From Octopus vulgaris (lineage: Eukaryota): a stretch of 64,000 bases of DNA. Under the pieces are notes generated by a model. That model searched no databases and was not told where the DNA came from. It saw only the letters and a list, made by a program, of their open reading frames with translations. The stretch spans positions 50,220,001-50,284,000 of the forward strand of contig OX597827.1 in NCBI GenBank assembly GCA_951406725.2, in the 5' to 3' direction. Every line of letters begins with the position of its first letter. The stretch's first letter is position 1. Of this stretch, positions 14,415 to 27,024 are shown in pieces. The position numbers and the translations under genes are program-made.

Positions 14415-14905
14415 GAATGTACACACAACAGTTGGAAAAAATCCTAACATGAGGCTGCAACAAGTAACCTTAGATGCCAAGAGCCCTCTTAGTATTCTTG
14501 CTGACTCTAATACAACTGTTTTCTGGAGTACAGCTTTGGTTTTTGGTTTGTATTTGTACAAGCTGCCTCCAAGTCTCACCCAGAGACCGCAAGAGACAAC
14601 AAGTTAGAAGTTCAAGTTAGTGCTATGACTAGGTTACCATTTATTTAGTTTTGCACAGAGTATTGCTCTAGAGAATGTCTATCAAAACATAAGTAAATTA
14701 GAATTTTGTTTTAAAAGTAACTTGATTACAAAATGATAGTCTGATGTTAAGATGACACTAAAAAGTATTTGCCATTATGTACATTTAAAAGTATTTTGAT
14801 ATTGTTTACGGATTAAAATAGTCTTGGGATTACATAGACAATATTTTACGTAGAATATAGGCAGTTCTCACGAGCTCTATTTTTTGAATTTCTTCCACTT
14901 TTGGA
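14413..14905 (-). mobile_element. Further R4/Dong-type 3' end fragments
   Basis: LQKTVVLESARILRGLLAS. 14555-14650 is homologous to 13065-13160, and PKVEEIQKIELVRTAYILRKILS occurs near 14840-14905. Confidence 0.7.
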
Positions 14906-15419
14906 GAAATATCCCTATTAGTACAGAAGGTAAAAAAATTTGTTCAACTTTTAGCTGTTATAACCGGTTACTTAGTATAAAAAACATATAAAAACGTTTG
15001 AAATAATTCTATGTTGTACTACATTTATTTGAAATAAGCTTTAAACCCTGTGAAAATTTAGTAGCTCATCAATATAAATTTTTATGCAGTCATTTGCTTT
15101 GATACAAATTTGTACTTTTATGAAGTTTACCAGCCGACTAAGAATTGCATCGAATATCGATTATTTGGATAGTAGTTCGCGCATTGAATAAACTGAATGT
15201 ACGAATAAAATCTTTCGCCGAGATCTAAAACTAAAAATTGGAAACAAAAATAGAAGACTGTTGTGAAGCAACAGTAGGTCAATATGTTTTTGAGTGATCT
15301 TTATTAGTATATGCTTTAAAGAATGGGGCGACTGAAGTTTGAAAACGAGTTCATAAATAGCAGGTATTTGGAGATGATACTTGAATACAACAGTGATATA
15401 TATATATATATGTATGTAT

Positions 15420-15798
15420 GCTCTTTGCTCTTTTGCTTGTTTCAGTCATTTGACTGTGGCCATGCTGGAGCACCGCCTTTAGTCGAACGAATCGACCCCA
15501 GGACTTATTCTTTGTAAGCCTAGTACTTATTCTATCGGTCTCTTTTGCCGAACCGCTAGGTTACGGGAACGTAAACACACCAGCATCGGTTGTCAAGCGA
15601 TGTTGGGAGTACAAACACAGACGCGCGTATATACGACGGGCTTCTTTCAGTTTCCGTCTACCAAATCCACTCACAAGGCTTTGGACGGCCCGAGGCTATA
15701 GTAGAAGACACTTGCCCAAGGTGCCATGCAGTGGGACTGAACCCGGAACCATGAGGTTGGTAAACAAGGTACTTATCACACAGCCACTCCTGCGCCTA
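15420..15798 (-). mobile_element. Full-length SINE family A
   Basis: Reverse complement of 1602-2005. Confidence 0.9.
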
Positions 15799-17987
15799 CA
15801 CTCCTGTGTAGTTAATAAGACTTTTGTAATCGAATAGAGACAAATTTATTATTTCTTAGGAAAGATATGACTTCCACAAGTCTTATGTAATACAAGAGTG
15901 AGTCTTATTTGATACTTAATAAAATAACTTGATTGTAAGAAGTTTTCGAATTTTGAACTATGGCAAAATCTTGTGCCTTTTAAAATCTTATGCATTATGA
16001 ATGCCAATTTCAGACAGAAATCATGGTCATTATGGTACTTGACGGTACTTGAATCACTCATCGATTGTTTTCCGGCTAACCGATTACACTACAAGGTACC
16101 TGTGATTTAGATTCTAAAATGAATCTTTTTAGTCTTCATCGTTTTTCATTTTACCTCATTAGATGATTGGTCAGTTACTTAACGCTGTAGGATTGATCGG
16201 TGCCTATAATATGATTAAATAAATCATTATATGTATTATATATCTGATTAAATAAGTCATTCATGTTTCTATTGTATAAGTGAAATTAATCACTTTCAAC
16301 ATACGATGAAATAACCGAAAATCCATCATTATTATCCGCATGTACCACCGAAAGATCGAAAAAATATTACGTGTTAACACAAATTTCGGAATTAAACCAA
16401 GGGTCTCACGACAGGCATGGTATAGAGAAAGCCTAAAATTATTGAAAGTATAAGAAGGGACTGCAATATCACTGGATATAAACACAAATAAATGAGATGT
16501 TGTCTTGAGTGGTATATTGTTGTCTGTCGCAACCATTAATTCTGTTATGAATTTTACTTTTTATAAAAGTAAATCAACAATCACCATCAGCATTTCTCAA
16601 AATCCATTGCCCTGAATAATGAGCTGACTATATTTCACTTTCTGTTTTGAAATGTGGATGCAGGCTTTTGTGTTCTCTAGGCTTAAAAAAGAAAATTCTG
16701 TAATCGATATTGACCCGTTGTATTTATTACAAGTATCTCCAAGTAAACAATCAATAATGAAACAACTGACAAATTGTGAATCTCAGCTATAAACTCAAGC
16801 AGGATCCATATAACTAGCCATTAATTTATAGTACGAACAGGATACAGCAAAATCAATGCTACTAAATTTCAATATATCAGAACGATCTTTATTCTTCAAT
16901 ATTTTTTCGAAAGGTTACGAAAAGGTTACGACCAAAACAAAAAAAAGCGCAAGTCTCTTCAATGGGTAACATCTTACGTGTTTCAGTGGTGATTTCTAAA
17001 CTGTGTTGTCTCTATATATTCGGTGTATCCTACCATAGCGTTTTCTTTACAGCTCTGTTAAGATCCACTTCAGTGTTCTTTGTTCACCCAATATATACAT
17101 TCACTAAGCAACAAGATACCAATCACTCGCCTTGCTAAAGATTGCTGTCTAATTTCCTTCAAATCACATTGTCCAGTAAAGACAAATTGGAGATGTAGCT
17201 ATATCCAGAAAGAATAAGTTGTTTAAGTCTAGAAGCCTTTTGTTCATAAATATGCTCGATTATGGCTGAGCTGTGGCCTAACAATAACAACAACAGATAT
17301 AGATATTGATAACGCAGAGTACTCCTAATTATCTTACTCATATATTATATATTGCTAACTTTCACAAGTCTCACCTGAATTTCTGATTTACAGTTACCTG
17401 AGGCTAATCAACAACATCAATATTTTTTGATAATTTTCCAGTTTTACACTGGTAAAACTACATAAAAGAGACTTAACTCAGTTTCTGAGGCTACGAACTA
17501 CTTTGTACTTAAGTAGCCTGTATCTTTTTGTTGCCAATACCGATCTTACATATCATCAATACGTCTTATAAATTGTCTCATATCTCGATATTCTGCATTT
17601 TCCAACATGCAAATTCAAAGTACAGCGTGCACATGTCCCAGTTCTCCAGTTTTGTGGCGTCCCGAAAGAATGCACCGGGACAGTAATTTTTCCTGGTTAT
17701 TTAAAGATATTTTCCTAATTGCTTGAATGAAAGTGTTTCTAAGATGTCTACTCTCTACAAATCTTTTAGTTTAGAAAGTACAACCTTGATTTAAAATTAG
17801 TTTATCAATTTTTATGTGAAGCCTTTGATTAATCATGTATTGATTTGTTATGGTTCATATCTCGTGATTTTGACTATTTTAATTTTGGTTACTATTTTTC
17901 AATAAATGATTTTACAAAGTACTTTATCAATAATATTTATTCTTGTACGTACACAGATGTTTATCTCCCTACCAATCTAAATGTATA

Positions 17988-18090
<103 letters not shown>

Positions 18091-18264
18091 GAAATGTAAT
18101 AAATAAAAATATAAAGAGATAAACAATAGAGGAGTGGCATGAGAGGAGGGCAAGTTTTAACAAATATTTATCAGTTCACACTTCAAAAGAAGAAAAAGAA
18201 AGAAAAGAAAGCATTAACGGCTCAGGCGTTTGTCCTTCATCAGAAGCAAAGCGTATTCTTTCTT

Positions 18265-18480
18265 TATTCTTTTATTTGTTTCAGTCATTTGACTGCAGCC
18301 ATGCTGGATCACCGCCTATATTCGAGCAAATCGCCCCCAGGACTTATTCTTTGTAAGCCTAGTACTTATTCGATCGGCATCTTTTTCCGAACCGCTAAGT
18401 GACAGGGACATAAACACACCAGCATCGGTTGTCAAGCGATGCTGAGGCGGGGGGGGGGGAACAAACACAGATGCACAAAC
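18265..18480 (-). mobile_element. SINE family A, 3' half
   Basis: Homology to the other copies. Confidence 0.8.
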
Positions 18481-18526
18481 ATATATATGTGTGTGTGTGT
18501 GTGTCTGTGTGTGTGTGTGTGCCTGC

Positions 18527-18559
<33 letters not shown>

Positions 18560-18566
18560 CCTGCGT

Positions 18567-18604
<38 letters not shown>

Positions 18605-18679
18605 GCTGGTATCTACATACGTAACCTGCGTTATAAATAAGTTATAAATAAGGTGTTATCTAATATTGAAATATTTAAA

Positions 18680-19430
18680 TGCTTTTCTATATTTATGGGA
18701 ACATTTCATCGTAAGACTCGTTCTACAGATTAATAATTTTAATTTGGATGCAATTGTATAATACATTTCCTCTTGGGAAAGAGCCTACTTAAAGCAACCA
18801 GTATTGTACTTTGGAGCGTTACAAATAATGGACCACTTTATATCGTAGCTAACATTCCTGCCTTTCAAATCTCAAATGTATTTACTAAGATCCGTAGAAT
18901 TAAATTTTCCCCTAAACTTAAATGAAGAAGAATGGTTATGTAATCTAGATTTCCAAGTAGTAGCAAAACATATATAATAATACGTACAATCACCTGTAAT
19001 TATCATACATTTATATACTTCCTTAAACACTGATTTCCCAAAGGTTTGTATTCGAAATCATAAAGACGTTTATTCACTTGAATGTGACACTCATGGTTAA
19101 AGGAATAAGTACTAACTCTACTATCAGAATTAGGTATTAAAACAGGAATATTAGCAGTTTTATTGTCAATATTATTGCTTGTGTTATCTTAAAGGTACTA
19201 TGAATTTCATTATTAGAATTAACTTCACCTAAATTATCAAAAGTTCAAGAAAATTATCATTAGGTTTGATCGCACAACTGACCCTATCAGTCCTACATTA
19301 TTTGCATTATTTACATTTGTCTTTATCATGTTTGTTGTTAACACGTTTCAGATGATATACCCTCCAGCCTTCATCAGGTGTCTTGGGGGAAATTTCGAAC
19401 CTGGGTTCTCATTCTTAAGGTATTTTTCGA

Positions 19431-19498
<68 letters not shown>

Positions 19499-20530
19499 TC
19501 ACTGCCTGAAATCGAACTCGGAATCTTGGGGTTAGTAGCCCGCGCTCTTAACTACTACGCCATATGCCCGTGGGCAATTATGATGAAGGCTGGAGGGTAT
19601 ATCACCCGAAACGTTGCGTTAGCAACAAAAAAGATGAGGTCAAATATCCGTCAAATGTAAATAATGTAAATAATGTACATACTTCCTCATCTCTTAAATA
19701 TAGAACTTTATGAGTCCTAGTCAAGTTTATCAATTTTGATTTGAGATACTGTCTAATTTTACTTTTCTTTTGTACTGCTATAATTCGAACCGAATTTTGG
19801 TGGCTGAATAGGGAAATTTTACATTATGGCGATTAAATAATTTCCGTACTTACAAGAAGGGGGAAAATATGTATCCAGTGCAGCAAAGAATTTCTGAGGA
19901 ATATCAGTAGTCATGTAATGTGTATACACACCTTAATCAGTAGTTAAATAATATGTATACATATCTTAAGCACTCATTCGGTTTATGGTATGGTTGGTAT
20001 AGTTCTGTGCCTCAATTCAGAGTAACATCAAGGAAGTTAACCTTATCATATTCATTTTTATGGGAAATAGACAGACCGAGATGCTTAAAGTATTCAAAAA
20101 ATTTATTCCTGGACCTTTCAAGTTTTACTTTACCAGACCAACGGGTAGTGAAAAGAGTATCGTCCCTATACAAACCATCCAATACTCCAGGAAATTTTCT
20201 ATGTATACAGTTAAGAATGTTTATAGTTTAATTCCTTGGGGTAATTGATTGGTTCATTGCTATTAAGGGTAAGAAACGTACTAAATTCATTCAATGAGAT
20301 ATCTTGTATTATAAAGTCATCTATCCACCCTAGTCTACTTAATAAGGCCTTAAACTCAGAGATGAAGAATTCAGATTTATCTAAACGGGAAAGTGATATA
20401 ATACTAACGGCGTGGAAAACCATAATAGAATTCGATAGAAAGTACTGAGTCAGGAAGGATAGACCTGATAATTTCGACATTGCTATTGGGTTCAGCGATT
20501 CCGTACAGATAATTGATTTAGTCAGTTTTT
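18680..20530 (-). mobile_element. Decayed Penelope-like element (GLYRDD-type RT plus GIY-YIG C-terminus) with an inverted 5' segment
   Basis: Minus strand: GLYRDD..., VNFLDVTLN, YQPYHKPN (19970-20225) and WSIICNAPKYN..EEM (18700-18840). Plus strand 20245-20530: LLNKALN..DIILTAWKT..PDNFDIAIGFSDSVQIIDLV. Confidence 0.75.
19294..19705 (-). mobile_element. tRNA-headed short element with (AAT)n and hammerhead motif, plus inverted partial duplication
   Basis: Minus head 19575-19495 with A box TGGCGTAGTAG and B box GTTCGATTTC, (AAT)n at 19431-19494, CTGATGA-A-GGCTG...GAAACGT at 19377-19343, and an inverted copy at 19581-19677. Confidence 0.75.
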
Positions 20531-20609
20531 ATTTTCGTAACAAACACTAAACACGGACAAAAAAAACACAGCTTGGAGAAGCATGAGATTAAAACACAAT
20601 TGAAAAATA

Positions 20610-20812
20610 TTCTTTCCTATTCTAGGCACAAGGCCCGAAATGTTGTGAGGAGCTCAGTTGATTAGATCGACCCCGGTATGCAACTGGTACTTGATTTATC
20701 GACCCCGAAAGGATTAAAGGCAAAGTCGACCTCGGCGGAATTTGAACTCAGAGCGAAAAAGACAGACGAAATATCGCTAAGCATTTCGCCCGGTGTGCTA
20801 ACGGTTCTGCCC
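20610..20812 (-). mobile_element. SINE family C (Meta-domain-like GCCTTT(C/A)ATCCTTTCGGGGTCGATAAA)
   Basis: Homologous to 59600-59823. B box GTTCAAATTCC. Confidence 0.8.
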
Positions 20813-20849
20813 ATTAAAGAATATTGTCATTCGCCTTAGGAACTCTACA

Positions 20850-21592
20850 ATAAGTACCTCACCAACAAAACCGTCTGAGTAGAAAATATCTAAATAGATT
20901 TAGATAGGTTTAGATTGTTTTAAAGAATATTTTCTAAAATGAGTTTAAAATATAAATTTAAACCACAGGGCAAATAGTTTCCAACATAAATTACAAGAAT
21001 TCTTTGAACGTTTCAAAACCTCTCAAAATACATTTATGAAAGCATACGAAACAAAACAACGTTTATTAGGTAAACAGTCGTACACACAACAAATTACGAA
21101 GTGATGATATAACAAAGACGGAAAAAACTAACTCTAAGACCTATAATTTTCTTAACAGTTAAGCAAAAAAATCTAGCTACGTGATTTAATACTGATGATA
21201 AAGCAGAACGACTTACTCCACGAAAATCTTTTCTAATCCTAAAAGATCATAAAGCCAATTTCATACAAAATCCGACCTGTAGATTAATAAAGCCAATCAA
21301 AAGCGAAATACCTATCATTGACAAATCAATACTAGTATCATTTGACATATTAAAGTCAACTCAATCCTTATTCAACGGTTATATAGTTACATCACTATTG
21401 AATACTTTAAGCAAATTAATGATAGACCTAAATGCAAATTTAACCAATTTCTCATTGGGTAGTTTTAACCTTCGCTCTCCAAAAGACCTCCTCTTAGAAG
21501 GGCTAGAGGTTAGCAAAGTATACGCAACTGTAACTGCCATAATAATGAATTCAAGAAAATCACTACGCTTCTACGACGATTCCTATTGGTAA
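20850..21592 (+). mobile_element. Decayed PLE RT N-terminal fragment (GLYRDD-type family)
   Basis: FLILKDHKANFIQNPTCRLIKPIKSEI and IIMNSRKSLRF match the LKDHK/CRLINP/RKSLLF pattern of these RTs. Confidence 0.7.
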
Positions 21593-22143
21593 AAAAAACA
21601 TGCGCACAGACACATGTACACGCACACACACACACACACGCACGCACATACACACGCTCACACACAAGCACGCACCTACGCACGCGCACACATACTGAAC
21701 AGACACAACCCCATGCACACACACATACACACGTACATACAAATACAAACATACACGCACATACTTACACACAACTACATACAGACACACGCACGCACAT
21801 GTACGCACATGTGCGTGCATGTACGTGTGTGAGCAACTGTTTCTTGAAGACACATCTTGTAATTGCTCGAAATGTGGAGTAGATAAAAAAGACCGAGAAC
21901 TGATGAAGGGTCGCTCTTTATGTTACTTGTCTTGTTTTCCATATGTTTCTTTCGTTGTCCGCGAAAAAACTTCGTATTCCATGTTTTCGTATTTCATATT
22001 TCATGTTATTTACGTTTTATGCCCTGTACCCATACATGCATATGTATATACATATATGTATGTATATATGCATATATATAAATAATATATATATATTATT
22101 TATATTATTATACGATTGAACGCCACGCATACATTTCCAAGTA

Positions 22144-22195
<52 letters not shown>

Positions 22196-22196
22196 T

Positions 22197-24150
22197 AATA
22201 AATCGAAAACAAAGCGAAGATCATATACAAGAAATAAACAACAGCGCGAGGACGTGGTACATGCGAAGTATTAGCAGACGCTCAGGTAAGGAAAGAATGG
22301 TGGTTTTACGTTTCGAGCAAAGCTCTTCTTCAGAACCAGGAGACAGAGGAAAGTCCAAGAGGAAAGGAAGACAGAGGGAAAAAAATCACCAACGATTCAC
22401 ATGTAGTTACATTTTGAAGTGATCGGAAGGGAATGGGTGAAGAAAAAGTTCTTTCTAAGACTGGATAGTATAAGAGAAGTAGGTATATGTAGGTGTGCGC
22501 GTGTAATAGCATGTGTGTGTATGTGTGCGTTATGTGTGTAATGTTTGTGTTATGTTGGCTGTTTATATGTACATGTGTGATTGAACTTTGTCTCTTAATG
22601 TTTTAGGAAGAATTCAGCGGAATGGTAACCGAAGAGGTGGTCTTTTGTGTTGTTGTGTGTCTCTACACATGTGAGTAGAGGAATGGTCAGTAGAAAGGTG
22701 TTTGACTGGCAGTTTGAAATATGTGTACGTGTGTATGTGTGTGCGTGTATGTATATGTTGTGTATGTGTGTTTTGTTTGTGGTGTCTGTGTGTACGTGTA
22801 TGTATGGGCGTGTGTGTATGCGTGTGTGCGTGGAGTTGTGTGGGTTGTGTGTGAGGTGTTATATGAGCGTTCCTGTATGTGTACGTGCGCGTGTGTGTGT
22901 ATGCGTGTGTGTGTGTGTATGTGCCTGTGCGTATGTGCCTGTGTGTATGCCGATGTATGCGTAATTGTGTGCGTGTATGTATGAGTGTGTCTTGTGTGTG
23001 TGGGAGGTATGTATGCGTTCATGTGCGTATGCATGTGTATGTGTGTACGTGTGTGTGCGTGTGTGTGTATTTGCGTGTGTATGTGTGTGTGCACGTGAGG
23101 TTACGTGTGTAGAGGTATATGTGTGTTCGTTTGTGTGTGTGCACGCGTGTGTGTGCATGTGTGCACGTGTGTGTATGTGCGTGTGTATGTGTGTCTGCGT
23201 GTGTGTACGTGTGTGTATGTGCGTGTTGTGTGCGTGTGGTGTGTGTTGTGTGTGTGCATGTATGTGTGAATATGCATGTGTGTATGTATGTGCGTGCATG
23301 CATGTGTGTGCATGTATGTTATGTATATGTGTGTATGGTGTGTGTGGGATGTATATATGCGTACATGTGTGCGCGTGCGTGTATGTGTGCGTGTGTGTAT
23401 ATGTATGTGTGTGTATGCAGAAATAAAATATAATAAGATAAGACCGATAAAAAAGGGAAAAAGGGGAAAGGGTAGAAGATGAAAAAATTAAAAAAAAATG
23501 AATAAAAAATGCAAAAAATAACAGACAGAAGATAAAAAATGAAAAATGAAAAATGAAAAGGATAAAGAAGAAATTAATACAATTAAAAGATTAAAATATT
23601 CGATGGAAAAACGATAAAAAACGATAAAAAAGTCGAAAAGAGGATAAAAGGTAATAGTGTAAAAAAGTGGGTATAAAAGACGATGAAATAAAATAAAAAG
23701 TTGCTTTTTTTGAGGAGGGTGTAGAGACAGTCGTTATGAGGAGGGGGTTGTTTGAGTCCCAAAGGAGTTTGTGTTTGTAGACTGAAAATGCAACGCTGTT
23801 CCAGGCGGAGTCGGAAGTGTGTGGATCCGTGGTGCAGGGCGAGGCCAAAAAGGGAGATATTAGACGTGGAGTGGTTGGCCAAGCGGAAATGACGGGCGAC
23901 CGGGGTAACATCCCGTAGATGTTCGGTGAACCGGTCGGCCTGCCGGCGGCTCGTTTGACCAACGTACAGTTTATTGCAGAGACTACATCTAATGCTATTG
24001 CATTAGATGAGGCTTGAAAAGATGCTGCAGAAGGAGTTTCTAATGTGCGGGGTGGGGTGCTGGTTGTATTTAGAGAGGGAGGTGGTGTTTGTGATGCAAA
24101 GCCAACATCCAGAGACATTCTTCCCTTTCCTGGGAGAACCATATTAAGTT
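22197..24150 (-). mobile_element. 5'-truncated PLE: GIY-YIG endonuclease remnant, long CA-rich 3' region and hammerhead-bearing terminus
   Basis: IRCSLCNKLYVGQTSRRQADRFTEHLRDV..PVARHF..HSTSNISLFGL..RLRLEQRCIFSLQTQTPLGL (24000-23750). Linkage of the terminus to the endonuclease is inferred. Confidence 0.75.
22302..22337 (-). ncRNA. Minimal type I hammerhead ribozyme motif
   Basis: GGTT-CTGAAGA-A-GAGC-TTT-GCTC-GAAA-CG-T-A-AAACC. Palindromic ACGT stem III; stem I imperfect. Confidence 0.7.
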
Positions 24151-24252
24151 GGCAACAAACCATCACTTTATTGTGCCGCTACTGTATAAGTGTCTCTGAG
24201 AGATTTAGAAATGTAATATTTCTAATTTTATAGATCAGCGAATTTATTTCAC

Positions 24253-26480
24253 TTGAAATTCTATAAGTTTTCAAAGGCAAATAAGCATCGACAGCCAGCA
24301 AGCCAAGAGTACTACAAAAATTTATTACTCTCCATGTTGGAAAATAATATTTACTATGAGAAGATAGTACAATACACCCACAGAAGACACTTAAAAACTT
24401 ATCCTCCTTACTTCAAATACATGGAAAGGGCCTCACTAAAAATGAAATTGACTATTTATCCACTTTTAAATACAGACCTAGTCTATTCTACGGATTACCT
24501 AAAATACACAAAAATCTACATATTTGTAAAGCTTGCAAAGTTTCTTCAAGTCTATGCATTAATGTTCCTCCCACTACTGACCTCAAACTGAGACCCATCA
24601 TTGCAGGCCCTGCTTGTGAAACCCACCGTTTGAGTAACTTCCTCGACATCTTACTCAAACCGTTTTTAAAATATGTGAAAAGCTTCATCAGGGATGACTT
24701 AGACATGCTTAACCACCTACCAAAGACAGTAAATGAAGGAACCCTGTTAATATCATTCGATGTGGTGAATTTGTACACCAATACCCCACACGAGTATGGT
24801 ATAAAATCAATCACCTTTTGGTTAGAAAAATACCCAGAAGAGATCCCAGGACGCATAAACCACAGGTTCATAATCGCAGCACTGAAATTCATCCTACTGA
24901 ACGACTATTTCATGTTCAATACAGTTCACCATCGACAAAAATGTGGAATTGCAATGGGAACCCGAGCTGCTCCAGTGATTGCGAACCTGGTAATGGGTTA
25001 CCTAGAACTTAAAATTTACCAATCATCACTACAAAAATATGGCACCTCATTTTATTGCTATTTAAAGGAGAACTGGAAGAGGTATTTGGAAGATTGCTTT
25101 ATACTTTGGAAAGACAGCAGGGACAAACTCCTCGATTTCAAAATAATGCTTAACAATATTAATAGCAACATACAATTCACCATGGAGCAGAGCAGTAAAC
25201 AATCCCCTTTCCTTGACATCCTAATTAAAATAGTCAATAACCACATCGAAACAGACACCTTCTATAAACCCACAGATTCTAAACAATACCTATTATTCAA
25301 CTCATGCCACCCCAAACGCATAAGAATTAATATACCAAAAATAATCTGTGCCATAGTTTCGGACACCTATACTCGTGAATGAGGACTCCTTGCATTCAGA
25401 TCAATACTAATCAAGAGACATTACCCAACATCATTAATAAATGATGGTATTAAACGAGCTAAGGAAATAGATATACGAAAATTAAGGGAAGTCAACTGAA
25501 ATACGACACCAGATTTTAAAATACTCCCATACATCTCCACACATAACCCTAGAAACAACGAAGCCTTCAACATTATCATCCAAAATTTACCCATCTTCGC
25601 ATGAGATAAAACAATGAACAAAATTTTAGACTCACAAAATTATCAAAAGCAAAATGCAACCTAAATCATTGAAAAAATATTAACCAGTGCAAGACTACAT
25701 CCATTAGCAACGGAACCAAAAGTGAAAAAATGTGGTTGACCTAACTGTGGTACATGCCCCCACCTTTTGGAGGGTTCAGAGTTCCATTTTAAGCAAGGTG
25801 AAATATTTAAGATAATATCAAATTTCACCTGTGCCTCGGAAAATCTAATCTATGCCATTACATGCTTAGGGTGTGGTAATCATTATATTGGCCAAACAGG
25901 AATATCACTCCGTCGAAGAACCACTCACCACATAGAACAAATCCGTCACCCACAATACAGACAGATACAGGTCAGTGAATACAGAGAAAGGTGTGCTAGG
26001 AACCTTAATCTTAATTTCCTAATTTTCCCCTTCTATCAATGTTCACAGAATAACTCAGTACAGCAAAGAATGAATAAAGAGGCAACTTTCATCAATAAAT
26101 ATCTTCTACAACTCAATATGAATACATAACTTAAAACAGAACACTACTAACCTTTCAATTAATACCACCCATACATCCTATAACCCATTCATATTACAGA
26201 ACTATATCTACTATAACTGCACAAAATCCAGAACTACTTACCTCCCTTACACTTAAACTTTTTACCCAGGAACTAGTAGATTCGACACTGTTCGGTAATC
26301 GGTGTGTATTCAAAGCAGTAATCAGTAATTTTACGAAACCAATATGCTTTCGAATCTCTTTAACAATTCACAATAATGACTTTTATTACTTTTATTCCTA
26401 CCTCAGTTCATCTAATTGTATAAATCTATCGTTACTTTTCATAAAAAGCCATTATTTTTTTGTGCATTTTCGCTTATTTT
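24253..26480 (+). mobile_element. Penelope-like element, RT plus GIY-YIG endonuclease, pseudogenised
   Basis: FYGLPKIHK, LRPIIAGP, SFDVVNLYTN, QKCGIAMGTRAAPVIANLVM, RYLED (DD mutated), PFLDI, YKPTDSKQYL, CGTC, and NLIYAITCLGCGNHYIGQT. Several stops and frameshifts. Confidence 0.95.
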
Positions 26481-26595
26481 TCTTCTTACTTGTTCCCAAA
26501 TATATATATGTAAAACCAGTTGTAGCGTGGAAGGTGTTTATAAGCCATTTAGAAACACATAAACATTTTTAGATACACTTCAACATTTAATTTAA

Positions 26596-26650
26596 AATTT
26601 GCCCAAATATTTTCGTCGCTTTGAGACCGCGACCTGTTCACTGACAAAAT
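26596..26650 (-). ncRNA. Variant hammerhead motif (G3:C8 core) in a short (TA)n-flanked element, 26506-26660
   Basis: TTTTGTCA-GTGAACA-G-GTCGC-GGTCTCAAA-GCGAC-GAAA-ATAT-T-T-GGGCAAA. Confidence 0.55.
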
Positions 26651-26657
26651 TCCGTGC

Positions 26658-26729
<72 letters not shown>

Positions 26730-26941
26730 CATATATATTAAACTATGGTTGCAGAAGAAACAAATATAAGGTCATCCACGTAACAATTCATATATCGAAC
26801 ATTTAATCACATAATGCTTTTTAATATATTTGTCTCATTGCTTTTTAATATGTATATATGTATATTTGTCTCATTTAATTGAGCACTTCTATAGCAGTCC
26901 TATTAAAAATTGTTCCTGATAAGAAACAATCACTTTATTAT

Positions 26942-27024
<83 letters not shown>

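Noticed and set aside
15850-17980. Unique AT-rich block as host exons or a hAT transposase
   Set aside because: No recognisable motifs or convincing splice-bounded frame.
18212-18246. Hammerhead at the end of the 18680-20530 PLE (CTGATGAAGG on minus)
   Set aside because: The GAAA is degenerate (GAGC) and stems are unconvincing; at most a dead remnant.
19495-19575. Functional tRNA gene
   Set aside because: A and B boxes are present but there is no proper acceptor stem or cloverleaf, and it is fused to (AAT)n and repeat sequence. SINE heads elsewhere are rejected as tRNAs for the same reason.
21865-21912. Permuted (type II) hammerhead GAAA...CTGATGA in the 21865/35185/9005 family
   Set aside because: No stem I can be formed between the motifs, so it is treated as degenerate or coincidental.
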